From an uncultured Methanosarcinales archaeon (GTDB taxonomy: Archaea > Nanobdellota > Nanobdellia > Woesearchaeales > GW2011-AR9): 62,434 bases of DNA. Below, one piece after another: positions 36,797 through 46,221 of the stretch (positions within the stretch are counted from its first letter, which is position 1; each line of letters starts with the position of its first letter). The notes under the pieces were generated by a model, which was given only the letters and a program-made list of their open reading frames with translations, was not told where the DNA came from and made no database searches. The stretch covers positions 1 through 62,434 of the forward strand of contig CAYWPT010000002.1 of NCBI GenBank assembly GCA_964460605.1. Direction: 5' to 3'. The position numbers and the translations under genes are program-made.

Positions 36797-37912
36797 ATGA
36801 GAGCAGCAATAATAAGTTTAGGTAGTAAAAGTTCATTAATGACAGCTGAAGCTATGGAAAAATATTTTACAACTGTCGATATGATTAATCTTAAAGAAGT
36901 AGAAGTTTCTTTAGGCAAAGATGCTGGAGTGCTCTATCAAGGAAGACCATTTCCCCAATATGATTGTGTTTATGTAAAAGGGTCTTTTAGATACGCTAAC
37001 TTGCTAAGGAGTATCACTAGTATGCTCGATAAAAAAGTAGCATATCTTCCTCTTCCAAGTGATTCATTTACCATTGTGCATAATAAATTATTAACACATT
37101 TAGAATTAGAACGTCATAACATTCCAATGCCAAGAACATATATTGGCCCAAGCATTGAGAGTGCTAAAAAACTTTTAAAGACAATGAATTATCCTATTAT
37201 AATGAAGTTTCCAGAAGGAACACAAGGTAAAGGTGTACTTTTTGGTGACTCTTATTCTTCAGCATCTTCAATGCTTGATGCTCTAGGGGCTTTAAACCAA
37301 CCTTTTATCATTCAAGAATATGTTGAGAGTGGCGGAAGCGATTTAAGAGTTATTGTTATTGGTGATAAAGCTATAGCTGCTATGAGAAGAACTGCAAGTA
37401 GTGAAGAAAAAAGAGCAAACCTGCATGCTGGTGGAAAAGCAGAACCTGTACTTATCAACAGGGAAGTTGCAAACTTAGCTATTAGAACTGCAAAAGCCTT
37501 GAACTCAGATGTTTGTGGTGTTGATATTTTAGAAGGTCCTTTTGGTCCTGTAGTAATTGAAGCAAATATATCTCCTGGGCTACAAGGTATTACAGCAGCA
37601 ACAACAGTTGATGTGCCTATGGAAATAGCAAAACACTTTGCGCAAATGACGCAGCAAATTCTTTTAGAAAAAAATAAAATCCAAGGTCGTTCTTTAATGA
37701 ATGAACTCAATATAAATAGTATACGTGCTCCAGTTACATCTGGAGAAAAATTATTAAGTTCTGGTAAAGAGTTTATAACTAATTTAACTTTTAAAGGAGA
37801 ACGTGTTGTTTTACCTTCTTTAGTTACAAGAATCACTGGATTTAGTGATTTAAAAAACTATAAAATTGTGGCAAAAAAAGGACAATTACATGTAGAAGAG
37901 TTTATAATCTAA
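36797..37912 (+). CDS. rimK: RimK-type ATP-grasp ligase with a C-terminal extension
   Basis: ATP-grasp motifs: PIIMKFPEGTQGKGV, IIQEYVE..G.DLRVIVIG and GVDILE..GP.VIEANISPG. Confidence 0.8.
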   Translation: MRAAIISLGSKSSLMTAEAMEKYFTTVDMINLKEVEVSLGKDAGVLYQGRPFPQYDCVYVKGSFRYANLLRSITSMLDKKVAYLPLPSDSFTIVHNKLLTHLELERHNIPMPRTYIGPSIESAKKLLKTMNYPIIMKFPEGTQGKGVLFGDSYSSASSMLDALGALNQPFIIQEYVESGGSDLRVIVIGDKAIAAMRRTASSEEKRANLHAGGKAEPVLINREVANLAIRTAKALNSDVCGVDILEGPFGPVVIEANISPGLQGITAATTVDVPMEIAKHFAQMTQQILLEKNKIQGRSLMNELNINSIRAPVTSGEKLLSSGKEFITNLTFKGERVVLPSLVTRITGFSDLKNYKIVAKKGQLHVEEFII

Positions 37913-38104
37913 ATTTTTTATTTTACATAAGATTCAATAGTAAATCTGTGTATTCCTTTTTTAGCATTAATAAGAGCATTTTTAGAAACAAAATCTAAAA
38001 GATAATTTATGGCTTTGTATCCTTCAAGGATCATTTCATTTTTATTTAACATGTTTTCTCAGAAACCTTCTTTTTTAAAAAAGTAATATCTAAAAAAACC
38101 AAAA

Positions 38105-38743
38105 TTAGTATTCAATCCCTCTTCTGGCCATTATACCCTTATCAAAATAATGTTTCTTCAATTTCATTTCAGTCACTAAATCTGCGGCTTCTATAATCTC
38201 ATCAGGAACTCCCCGACCTGTTAAAATTAATTCAACATGTCCTGGTTTCTCACTAATCATTTTAAGAACATCTGCAATTGACAAATACCCTAGCTGCATA
38301 GCTACATTAATCTCATCTAAGACAACCATTTGATAATTACCACTCATAACAACTTCAAGTGTTTTTTTGAAAGCTTTAGAGATATAATCACCTTGGATGG
38401 CATCGTTTAGAAAACAATAACGACAAGTGCCACATTCAATATCGTCACGAATGTAATCAAATAACTTTCTGTTTTGATCTTCAGCACTCAATTTATGAAA
38501 GCCTTGTAATTTTAATTGCTTCTGTTGTTTAATACAAGGTCTTCCGAATTGAACAATTTCAAAATTAGGTAAATGGTTTTTTGCAGCAACATATTCTCCT
38601 GTATACGCTCCACCTTTCATGTATTGGACCATAAACACAGAAAATCCTTGTCCTACAGCGCGCATACTCAAACCAAGTGATGCAGTAGTTTTACCTTTAC
38701 CATCTCCTGTATATACATGTACTAAACCTTTTCTCTCTTTCAT
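38105..38743 (-). CDS. cobA: cob(I)alamin adenosyltransferase (CobA/BtuR type)
   Basis: GLVHVYTGDGKGKTTASLGLSMRAVGQG P-loop and VVLDEIN. It has an internal Cys-containing insert (ECGTCRYC). Confidence 0.8.
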   Translation of the reverse strand: MKERKGLVHVYTGDGKGKTTASLGLSMRAVGQGFSVFMVQYMKGGAYTGEYVAAKNHLPNFEIVQFGRPCIKQQKQLKLQGFHKLSAEDQNRKLFDYIRDDIECGTCRYCFLNDAIQGDYISKAFKKTLEVVMSGNYQMVVLDEINVAMQLGYLSIADVLKMISEKPGHVELILTGRGVPDEIIEAADLVTEMKLKKHYFDKGIMARRGIEY

Positions 38744-38766
38744 TAAACCAAACCCCTTTGATCTAT

Positions 38767-40923
38767 TTAATCATATAAATGTGTGTTTTTACTCATGTGC
38801 GGATGTACTTGGGTTTCTTTCTGAGTACTCTCACTACTTTCTTCTTTTTCTTCAACACTTTTCAAATTCATTGGTCGAGCCATCATTGAAGTTAAAACTT
38901 GTCTTTCATGACTTCCATCTCGATAAATGGTAATACCTTTACAACCTAAATCATAAGCCATTTTAAAGACATCCATTACATCTTCTACTGTTGCATAATA
39001 AGGGAAATTTACTGTTTTTGAAATTGCATTATCTACATGCTTTTGAAAAGCAGCTTGCATACGTACATGGTCTTCTGGACTCAAATCCATTGCAGTAACA
39101 AAGACATCTCGAATATGTTTTGGTATTTCTTCTATGTGTTGTACACTACCACGCCTTGCAATCTTACGCAATAATTCTTCACTATAAAATCCCCCCTCTT
39201 TAGCAATCTCTTCAAACAAGGGATTTACTTCTAGCATTTCAAATTGTTGGGTTTTACGTAGATAAGATAAAGCATAATGAGGTTCAACACTCTGTGAACA
39301 AGAAGCAATTAAAGAAATTGTTCCTGTTGGACTAATAGTAGTACGGCTAGCATTTCTCATGAGGTGGAATTCATTATTTGTATCATACAATGAAGAATAA
39401 AAGTTTGGAAAAACACCCCTCCTTTTAGCTAACTCTCGTGAAGCATCTTGCGCTTCACTATTGATAAAACCCATAACTGCATCAGCAGTAGCGAGTGCAG
39501 CTTCAGAGTTGTAAGGTTGACGCAATTTAATCAGAAGATCAGCAAAACCCATTAATCCAAGTCCAATTTTTCTATTAGCTTTTACTAACCTTTCAGTCTC
39601 TTCGAGTGGAAAAGCATTAATCTCTGTTGCATTATCTAAAAAGTGTACAGCTGAATGAATGGTGTTTTTCAATTTGTTCCAATCAATGACATACCTTTTA
39701 CTTTCAAGATCTTTTACTGTATGATTACTAATATTGATAGAACCTAAAATAACGGCTTCATAAGGAAGTAATGCTTCTTCACCGCAAGGAGAAGTAGTCT
39801 CAACACGACCAACATTTGGTGTGGGATTACTTTGCTGATTATTCAATCTATCTAGGAATACAATCCCTGGATCACCATTTTTCCAAGCCATGGTTGCAAT
39901 CAAATCGAAGGTTCGTTTAGCATTTAATTGTCCAATAATATCACCGTTTCTAGGATTAATTAAATTATAATTTTCATTTTTCTCAACAGCGTCCATAAAC
40001 TCCTGTGTAATACCAACAGATAAGTTAAAGTTTTGAATAATATCTCTTCTTTCTTTACAGGTTATGAAATCTAAAATGTCTGGGTGATCAATACGTAAGA
40101 TTGCCATGTTTGATCCCGGTCTTCTTCCACCTTGCTTGATCTCTCCGAGAGCCTTATCAAATATTTTCAAATAAGCAAGTGGCCCTGGGGCAACACCAAA
40201 AGTATTGTTTACTACATCTCCACGTGGTCTAATTTTAGAAAATGAAAATCCTGTGCCACTTCCACGCTTATGATAAATTGCAGCATCACGAAGTGCTGAA
40301 AAAATACTCTCTATACTATCTTCTAAAGGAAGCGCTACAATTGATGATAATAATCTTTCTTTTGTTCCTGCATTCATCAATAATGGTGAATTAGGCAAAA
40401 AATCTAATGAACATAATAATTGAAAAAACTTCTCACGGGCTTCTTCAACATTTCCTTTAAACTTTTCTTCAGCTGAAGCCACATGACTTGAAACGCGTTC
40501 AAGCAATTCTTTTGGACTCTCAATAATTTTTCCAGTATTGTCACGGGCTAAATATCTCTGTTGAAGAATCTTTAAAGCATTCAGACTCAATTTCCAATCA
40601 TCTATAATCCCAGCAAAGGATTTTGCTTCACGAATCTCTTTTCTTTTGTGTCTGTAAAGAATAAAACTTTTTGCAGTTTTTGCATGCCCATCTTCAATGA
40701 GAACTTTTTCAATAAGATCAAGAATTGTTTCAACATGAATACTCTCTTTATCCATTAAGTAAAGATAATCTTGTACAAGACCAGAGAGAGCCTTAGCCAT
40801 TTCATAATCTTCGCCGCCAACGGATTTAGCAGCTTCAAAAATAGCTTTAGTAATTTTTTCAGGATTATAATCCTCTAATTCTTCTGTTCTTTTTTTTACT
40901 TTGAATACCATTAATCTACTCAC
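38767..40923 (-). CDS. nrdJ: class II (adenosylcobalamin-dependent) ribonucleotide reductase with an ATP-cone
   Basis: N-terminal ATP-cone (VKKRTEELEDYNPEKITKAI) and an active-site region (SNPTPNVGRVETTSPCGEE). 718 aa. Confidence 0.9.
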   Translation of the reverse strand: MSRLMVFKVKKRTEELEDYNPEKITKAIFEAAKSVGGEDYEMAKALSGLVQDYLYLMDKESIHVETILDLIEKVLIEDGHAKTAKSFILYRHKRKEIREAKSFAGIIDDWKLSLNALKILQQRYLARDNTGKIIESPKELLERVSSHVASAEEKFKGNVEEAREKFFQLLCSLDFLPNSPLLMNAGTKERLLSSIVALPLEDSIESIFSALRDAAIYHKRGSGTGFSFSKIRPRGDVVNNTFGVAPGPLAYLKIFDKALGEIKQGGRRPGSNMAILRIDHPDILDFITCKERRDIIQNFNLSVGITQEFMDAVEKNENYNLINPRNGDIIGQLNAKRTFDLIATMAWKNGDPGIVFLDRLNNQQSNPTPNVGRVETTSPCGEEALLPYEAVILGSINISNHTVKDLESKRYVIDWNKLKNTIHSAVHFLDNATEINAFPLEETERLVKANRKIGLGLMGFADLLIKLRQPYNSEAALATADAVMGFINSEAQDASRELAKRRGVFPNFYSSLYDTNNEFHLMRNASRTTISPTGTISLIASCSQSVEPHYALSYLRKTQQFEMLEVNPLFEEIAKEGGFYSEELLRKIARRGSVQHIEEIPKHIRDVFVTAMDLSPEDHVRMQAAFQKHVDNAISKTVNFPYYATVEDVMDVFKMAYDLGCKGITIYRDGSHERQVLTSMMARPMNLKSVEEKEESSESTQKETQVHPHMSKNTHLYD

Positions 40924-41021
40924 AACCCTCTAACTTTAAATGAGGCTCTTTTTATATAAATATTTAGTGATCTGAAGGGATAATAGGCAGATTTAAAAAG
41001 TAATTTTTCATCCTAGAATAA

Positions 41022-41540
41022 ATGATTGAGATTTTTTTACAGGCACTTTACTTTTTCTTGCCAGCATACTTTGCGAACATGGCACCAGTTATGTTTAAGA
41101 AACTCCCAATCTTAGAAAAATCTATTAACAAGAAAGCTTTGGGAAAAAATAAAACTTGGAGGGGACTAATTCTAGGAATTTTTTTCGGAACATTTGTATT
41201 TTATTTACAACAATTGCTCTATGCAAAAGAGATTCTTATCTCATTAGCACTCATTGATTATAATGGACACCCATTATTATTAGGTTTAGCCCTAGCGATT
41301 GGAGCTTTACTGGGTGATTTAATTGAAAGCTATTTTAAAAGAAAAAATAAGATTAAACCAGGAAAACCTTGGATACCTTATGACCAATTAGATTTTGTAG
41401 TTGGGGCATTATTATTATCAAGTCTTTTTTATGTTCCAAGGGTTGAAGCTATTCTTATTATTCTAATGGCAAGTCCTTTACTTCATGTCTTAGTAAACCA
41501 CATTGGTTTTTATTTAGGAATAAGAAAAGCTAAATTTTAA
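41022..41540 (+). CDS. carS: CDP-archaeol synthase
   Basis: 172-aa polytopic protein with LPAYFANMAPV, KTWRG and GDLIESYFKR motifs. Confidence 0.8.
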   Translation: MIEIFLQALYFFLPAYFANMAPVMFKKLPILEKSINKKALGKNKTWRGLILGIFFGTFVFYLQQLLYAKEILISLALIDYNGHPLLLGLALAIGALLGDLIESYFKRKNKIKPGKPWIPYDQLDFVVGALLLSSLFYVPRVEAILIILMASPLLHVLVNHIGFYLGIRKAKF

Positions 41541-42127
41541 ATTTTTCTTCCCAACAGATATTGTATTTGTAAAATAATAATATACAGGGAGAATGACCCA
41601 TGTACAAGGTATGTGAGAGTTAGTGCAAGCTTATAGGACAAAATAAATGGAACCAAGGAAGTTACAGGTGGGATAAGAAATAAGGTAATTCCTAACCAAG
41701 TTCTTGAAAAAACCATTGGTGTTTTTGTCTTGCATGAAAAAAATACTAACTGAACTAGGATAAAAAGTCCAAGAATTATGATGACATAATAATCTAAAAG
41801 TACAAAGTAGATAGCAATGAGCAAAAAAAACTCTGCAAGTCTATCTGCTATAAGATCAAAATATTCTCCGAATACATTTTCTTTCTTAGTAGCACGAGCA
41901 AGAGTGCCATCTAAACTATCTGCTAAAAAGTGAAGGAGGATGAATATTGCAAAGAGATAATAGTGTTGAGCAAAATAATATGAAGCAAGAAATGCAAAGA
42001 TAATCCCTAAAAAAGTAACCGCGTTTGGATGTACTTTTAATCTCACAAGAAGATTTGTGAGTGGTCTTAACTTTTCATCTCTCCACTTACGAGAATTATT
42101 TACATTTCTCCAAGTTAATTTATCCAT
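41537..42127 (-). CDS. CDP-alcohol phosphatidyltransferase (archaeal polar-lipid headgroup transferase)
   Basis: DSLDGTLARATKKENVFGEYFDLIADRLAE matches D..DG..AR..G...D...D. Start set at ATG 42127 (MDKLTWRN). Confidence 0.8.
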   Translation of the reverse strand: MDKLTWRNVNNSRKWRDEKLRPLTNLLVRLKVHPNAVTFLGIIFAFLASYYFAQHYYLFAIFILLHFLADSLDGTLARATKKENVFGEYFDLIADRLAEFFLLIAIYFVLLDYYVIIILGLFILVQLVFFSCKTKTPMVFSRTWLGITLFLIPPVTSLVPFILSYKLALTLTYLVHGSFSLYIIILQIQYLLGRKI

Positions 42128-42167
42128 GGTAAGATATATAAAGAAACAGTATAAAAAACTTCTTACT

Positions 42168-42857
42168 ATGAAGCACTTGTTTTTAGAGGTACAGTACAAA
42201 GGAGAATTAGCATTCCCTAAAGAACTTTTAGAGAAAACTCCTAAAACATTAGTTCTAGCTGGAAGTATTCAATATTTAGATTACTTACCTCAACTAAAAA
42301 CATTCTTAGAAGAAGCAGGAAAAGAAGTCTTTATGTTTTCAAGCAGACATGGACAACATCCTGGACAGATCCTAGGCTGTGATATCTTCACTTTCAAAAC
42401 AGAAAAAGATTTTGACGCTTTTATCTATCTTGGTGATGGTATGTTTCATCCAACTGCATTATTATTTGGAAATGAAAAAGATGTTATTATCTACAATCCA
42501 ATGTCTGAGAAGATAGAAACTTTAGATAAGGATATTTTAGATAGAACAAAAAAGAAGAAAAACGCATTATTAGCAAAATTTATCCAAAGTGAGAATATTG
42601 GAATGTTAGTTACTAGAAAACCAGGACAAAACCAATCAAAAGCTGTAGACCATTTTAGAAAAGAGATGGAAGGGAAAGGAAAGAATATCTTTGTTTTCTT
42701 AGCAGATCATATTGATACTGACGCTTTAGAAGATTTCAACTTTGTAGATGTTTGGATTAATACTGCTTGTCCAAGAATCGTACAAGACTTTACTTGTTTA
42801 AACTTAAGAGACTTACAAGAGATTAATTTTTTCTCTGGGACGTGTGCTCAATTTTAG
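42168..42857 (+). CDS. dph2: Dph2 domains 2-3 only (C-terminal part of a split dph2)
   Basis: GQILGCD, GDGMFHPTAL and INTACPRIVQD correspond to the second and third Cys-bearing domains of archaeal Dph2. The start is chosen at MKHLFLEVQY to avoid overlap with the divergent gene. Confidence 0.65.
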   Translation: MKHLFLEVQYKGELAFPKELLEKTPKTLVLAGSIQYLDYLPQLKTFLEEAGKEVFMFSSRHGQHPGQILGCDIFTFKTEKDFDAFIYLGDGMFHPTALLFGNEKDVIIYNPMSEKIETLDKDILDRTKKKKNALLAKFIQSENIGMLVTRKPGQNQSKAVDHFRKEMEGKGKNIFVFLADHIDTDALEDFNFVDVWINTACPRIVQDFTCLNLRDLQEINFFSGTCAQF

Positions 42858-43010
42858 GTTTGCTTAAAACTTCTAATCATCTCTCGTCGAGAAACCTTTG
42901 TCCCTTCGACGATAGAAGAAAGCTTTAAATACTCAAAAATTCTATTTTGCTTCAGTAGTCATTCACGATTACAAAATTCAAAAGAAAAAAACACTGAGGT
43001 GGTAGTAAAT

Positions 43011-43460
43011 ATGGCAAAAGTTGTTGCAAAAGTTGGAATTAAAAAAGAATCAGGTTACCTCTACTTCGTAGACAAAGATGGAGACATCTCCGCTGCGAAA
43101 ATGAGTCGTGCTGGAAGAAAGAAAGGAAAAAGTAGAACCAAAAAAGTTGCTAAAGTTGGTCTTAAGAAAGAATCAGGTTACCTTTACTTTATCGATAAGA
43201 AAGGAAACATCTCCGCTGCTAAAATGGCTCGTGGAAGAAAAAAGAGTAAAAAGAAAAAAGCAACTAAGAAAAAACCTGCTAAGCGTAAAGCTGCTAAAAA
43301 GAAAACAAGCAAAAGAAAAGCAGCAAAAAGAAAACCTGCTAAGAAAAGGAAAGCGGCTAAGAAAAAACCAGCTAAGCGTAAAAAGGTTGCTAAGAAAAAG
43401 AAAGTGGCTAAGAAAAAGCCTGCTAAACGTAAAGCAGCTAAAAAGAAAAGAAGAAGATAA
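43011..43460 (+). CDS. highly basic protein: two tandem repeats of about 40 aa plus a Lys/Ala-rich tail (chromatin-protein candidate)
   Basis: VAKVG[IL]KKESGYLYF[VI]DK.G.ISAAKM occurs twice, followed by KKKATKKKPAKRKAAKKK... A GAGGTGG RBS precedes the ATG at 43011. Confidence 0.6.
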   Translation: MAKVVAKVGIKKESGYLYFVDKDGDISAAKMSRAGRKKGKSRTKKVAKVGLKKESGYLYFIDKKGNISAAKMARGRKKSKKKKATKKKPAKRKAAKKKTSKRKAAKRKPAKKRKAAKKKPAKRKKVAKKKKVAKKKPAKRKAAKKKRRR

Positions 43461-43564
43461 GTTCCTCACATTTTTATTTTTTTATCTTTATTTCTAAATC
43501 ATATGCTCAAGACTAGAGTTCTTCTAAGCAAAGACTTTTTAAGCAGTGATTTTCTCCAAATTGT

Positions 43565-44266
43565 ATGGATTTCCCAACTCAGTCAAGCGAAAAGAAACTT
43601 CTTTCTACAAGTTCTTGGTTTCAAGTGGAACGTTTCTCAACAAAAGAGAAAATTAACCTGAAAAAAGAACTTTTACTAGCATTTTCTGAAGAAGGAGACA
43701 TTGTCTTTGATCCATTTTTAGAGAAAGGAGAAACTGTATTTGCTTGTCACAAATCTGAGAGAAATGGTATTAGTATGAGCAGTGATGGTGAAGCGATTAA
43801 AGAAGTTGAAGAAAAGATAAAACCAATGGAGGGCCAATTACATCTGAGTGAATATGGTGCAAAGCAAAGCTCTAAACAATTATTATTGTATGGAAAATTA
43901 AAAGATTTGGATTATGTTTGGCAACAATATTCATTACCTGAATTAGATGTTGTTCTCACTTTCTTACCAAGTTATCAAGAGTTAGAAAAAAATTATGTTG
44001 AAGGTTTAGGAGTGATTGAGTATTTAGAAAAAGTTTTTTTCTTATTAAAAAACAGAGTTAAATTTGGTTCTTATATTCTTATTATGGCAGAGAATACAAA
44101 GAATTCCCCCAATTTTGCATGGGATTTAGCAAAAGCTTTAGAAAATGTTTTTCAATTTAAAGGAGAAAAGATTTGTTGTGTTTCAAGCACACCTCAGCAT
44201 GAAAACCTTGAGGATTTCTTAGTAACACACAAATATTTATTGATTTTTAGAAAGATAGAAATTTAG
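43565..44266 (+). CDS. methyltransferase-like protein with a degenerate SAM-binding motif
   Basis: SSWF..ER..K...L.KELLLAFSEEGDIVFDPFLEKGET resembles the DNA-methylase D.VLDPF.GSGTT region, but the glycines are replaced. No DPPY-type motif is seen. Confidence 0.4.
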   Translation: MDFPTQSSEKKLLSTSSWFQVERFSTKEKINLKKELLLAFSEEGDIVFDPFLEKGETVFACHKSERNGISMSSDGEAIKEVEEKIKPMEGQLHLSEYGAKQSSKQLLLYGKLKDLDYVWQQYSLPELDVVLTFLPSYQELEKNYVEGLGVIEYLEKVFFLLKNRVKFGSYILIMAENTKNSPNFAWDLAKALENVFQFKGEKICCVSSTPQHENLEDFLVTHKYLLIFRKIEI

Positions 44267-44293
44267 AAAGATTCAAATATTACTAAATTTACA

Positions 44294-45079
44294 ATGAAAC
44301 TTATGAAAAATAAACTACGCATCATTTCTTGGAATGTAAATGGAATCCGAGCAGCTGCAAGAAAGAATTTTCATGCATGGCTCTTAGATGAAAACCCAGA
44401 CATCCTTTGCGTACAAGAGACTAAAGCGCATCCTGATCAATTAGATGAACATTTATTGAACGTTCATGATTATTTGTCTTTCTGGTCTTCAGCAGAAAAG
44501 AAAGGATATAGTGGTACTGCAATTTTCACCAAAGAAAAACCACTCTCAGTTGAGACTAAAGTTGGTATAGAAGCTTTAGATAAAGAAGGTCGTATGGTTT
44601 GTTTGGAATATGAAAAATTCTTTATTGTCAATGTTTACTTTCCAAACGGAAAAATGAATGAAACTCGTCTAAAATACAAGATGGATTATTATGGTGCTCA
44701 TCAAAAATTTGTAGCTAAACTACGTAAAACTGGTAAAGCAGTTGTTGTTTGTGGTGATTATAATACAGCTCATAAGGAAATTGATTTAGCACGACCAAAA
44801 GCTAATGAAAAAATATCTGGATTTTTACCTGTAGAAAGAGCTTGGATTGATGGCTATGTTGAATTTGGTATGTTAGACACTTTCAGAGAGTTTTCTGATA
44901 AAGCTGCTATGTATACTTGGTGGTCCATGCGAAGTGGAGCACGTTCAAGAAATGTTGGCTGGCGAATTGATTACTTCTTTATTGATAAAGATCATAAAGA
45001 TATCCTAAAAGATGCTTTTATTTTAACAGATGTTATGGGTAGTGATCATTGTCCTCTTGGTGTAGAGATAGAACATTAG
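44294..45079 (+). CDS. xth: exodeoxyribonuclease III (AP endonuclease)
   Basis: RIISWNVNGIRAA, LCVQETK, GDYNTAH and SDHCP motifs. Confidence 0.9.
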   Translation: MKLMKNKLRIISWNVNGIRAAARKNFHAWLLDENPDILCVQETKAHPDQLDEHLLNVHDYLSFWSSAEKKGYSGTAIFTKEKPLSVETKVGIEALDKEGRMVCLEYEKFFIVNVYFPNGKMNETRLKYKMDYYGAHQKFVAKLRKTGKAVVVCGDYNTAHKEIDLARPKANEKISGFLPVERAWIDGYVEFGMLDTFREFSDKAAMYTWWSMRSGARSRNVGWRIDYFFIDKDHKDILKDAFILTDVMGSDHCPLGVEIEH

Positions 45080-45876
45080 TTTTTTATCATTAATTTATTC
45101 TTATCAATTTTAATCAAACCTTCCTTTTCCATCCTTTCTATAATCTTCTTTAAGAAAGATTCTTCTTTTTTCCATTCTTTAATTAAATTAGAAATTTCTA
45201 ATTCTTCTCCAACAACAAGTCTTTTCAATATTTGTCCACGATACCAACGGTTACTTCCTTTAAATTTACTCTGTTTTGTACGTGCTTTAATTCCGGTTTT
45301 ACGACTAGTAAGAATCTTTGATCCATAATCCATGAGAGCATTATGCCAATCCCCACTTTGGCCATAAGGCAAGACTTCTTCAGCTAATGCAAATAATTCT
45401 TTATCATTGGTTTTTTCATCTAGGGAAAATTCGTGAATGAATATCCGGCGAATGTTAGTATCAACAGTTGCTACATTTTCATTAAAAGCAAATATCAAAA
45501 TACTACGGGCTGTATAAGGTCCAATGCCAGGAAGCTTCAACAAAGCATCCACGTGTGCTGGAAACTTTCCATCATAAATCTTCATAATCGTCTGACAAGA
45601 CTTTTGTAAACGTAATGCACGGTTATTATAACCCAAACCTGACCACAACTTAAGTAAATCTGCAGTGTTTCCATCTGCAAGTGATTTAATGTCAGGAAAC
45701 TTCTCTAAAAAAGCAAGATATTTTGGAATTACCCTATCAACCTGTGTTTGTTGAAGCATAATCTCAGAGACCATAATAGCATAAGGATCTTGAGTTTCTC
45801 TCCAAGGCAAAGATCTTCCATTCTCTTTGTAAAAGTTAAGCACTCTTTGCTGAAATTCTTTAAGATTCTTTTTCAT
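45076..45876 (-). CDS. HhH-GPD base-excision glycosylase (MutY/Nth-like)
   Basis: LPWRETQDPYAIMVSEIMLQQTQV and LPGIGPYTA (HhH), with a catalytic Asp region (VDTNIRR). 4-nt overlap with xth. Confidence 0.8.
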   Translation of the reverse strand: MKKNLKEFQQRVLNFYKENGRSLPWRETQDPYAIMVSEIMLQQTQVDRVIPKYLAFLEKFPDIKSLADGNTADLLKLWSGLGYNNRALRLQKSCQTIMKIYDGKFPAHVDALLKLPGIGPYTARSILIFAFNENVATVDTNIRRIFIHEFSLDEKTNDKELFALAEEVLPYGQSGDWHNALMDYGSKILTSRKTGIKARTKQSKFKGSNRWYRGQILKRLVVGEELEISNLIKEWKKEESFLKKIIERMEKEGLIKIDKNKLMIKN

Positions 45877-46221
45877 ATATTGAGAAATGCGGAAATGTTT
45901 ATAAATTTTGTAATTCTCTCTTCTCTATGACATATAAATTAGTAGTTCCACCTTATTCTAATATGTGTGCTAATAGTTATTTAAAAGATTCATCATAGAG
46001 AAGAGAATTTTTAGTAGAGGGTTTGAAAGGATTTGCTGAAAATCCACAAGACTATTTGTTTAATCCTGAAGCTAATGAGTCTAAAACAAGATTAAGAAAA
46101 CATCTTGTTAATGGTGGAGTAGATCAAAAAGGAATTCAAACACTTTCTAATCTTCTCAAAAATTCTTAAATTAATTATCTTTAAAATAAAATTTTGATGG
46201 CTATAAGGAAAGAAATAATTT

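Noticed and set aside
37921-38055. A 44-codon minus-strand ORF (MLNKNEMILEGYKAINYLLDF...) between rimK and cobA.
   Set aside because: It is too short, without an RBS or conservation evidence, so it is left uncalled.
43108-43497. Alternate-frame ORFs (129 aa + strand, 98 aa - strand) over the Lys-rich gene.
   Set aside because: These are low-complexity frame artefacts of an AAG/AAA-rich repeat. Only the frame with an RBS and the tandem protein repeat is credible. The same applies to 19788-20046 over the ABC ATPase tail.
45985-46170. An open frame without a start codon ending ..NPEANESKTRLRKHLVNGGVDQKGIQTLSNLLKNS*.
   Set aside because: No start codon and no recognisable family. It could be another gene remnant, but I cannot support this.
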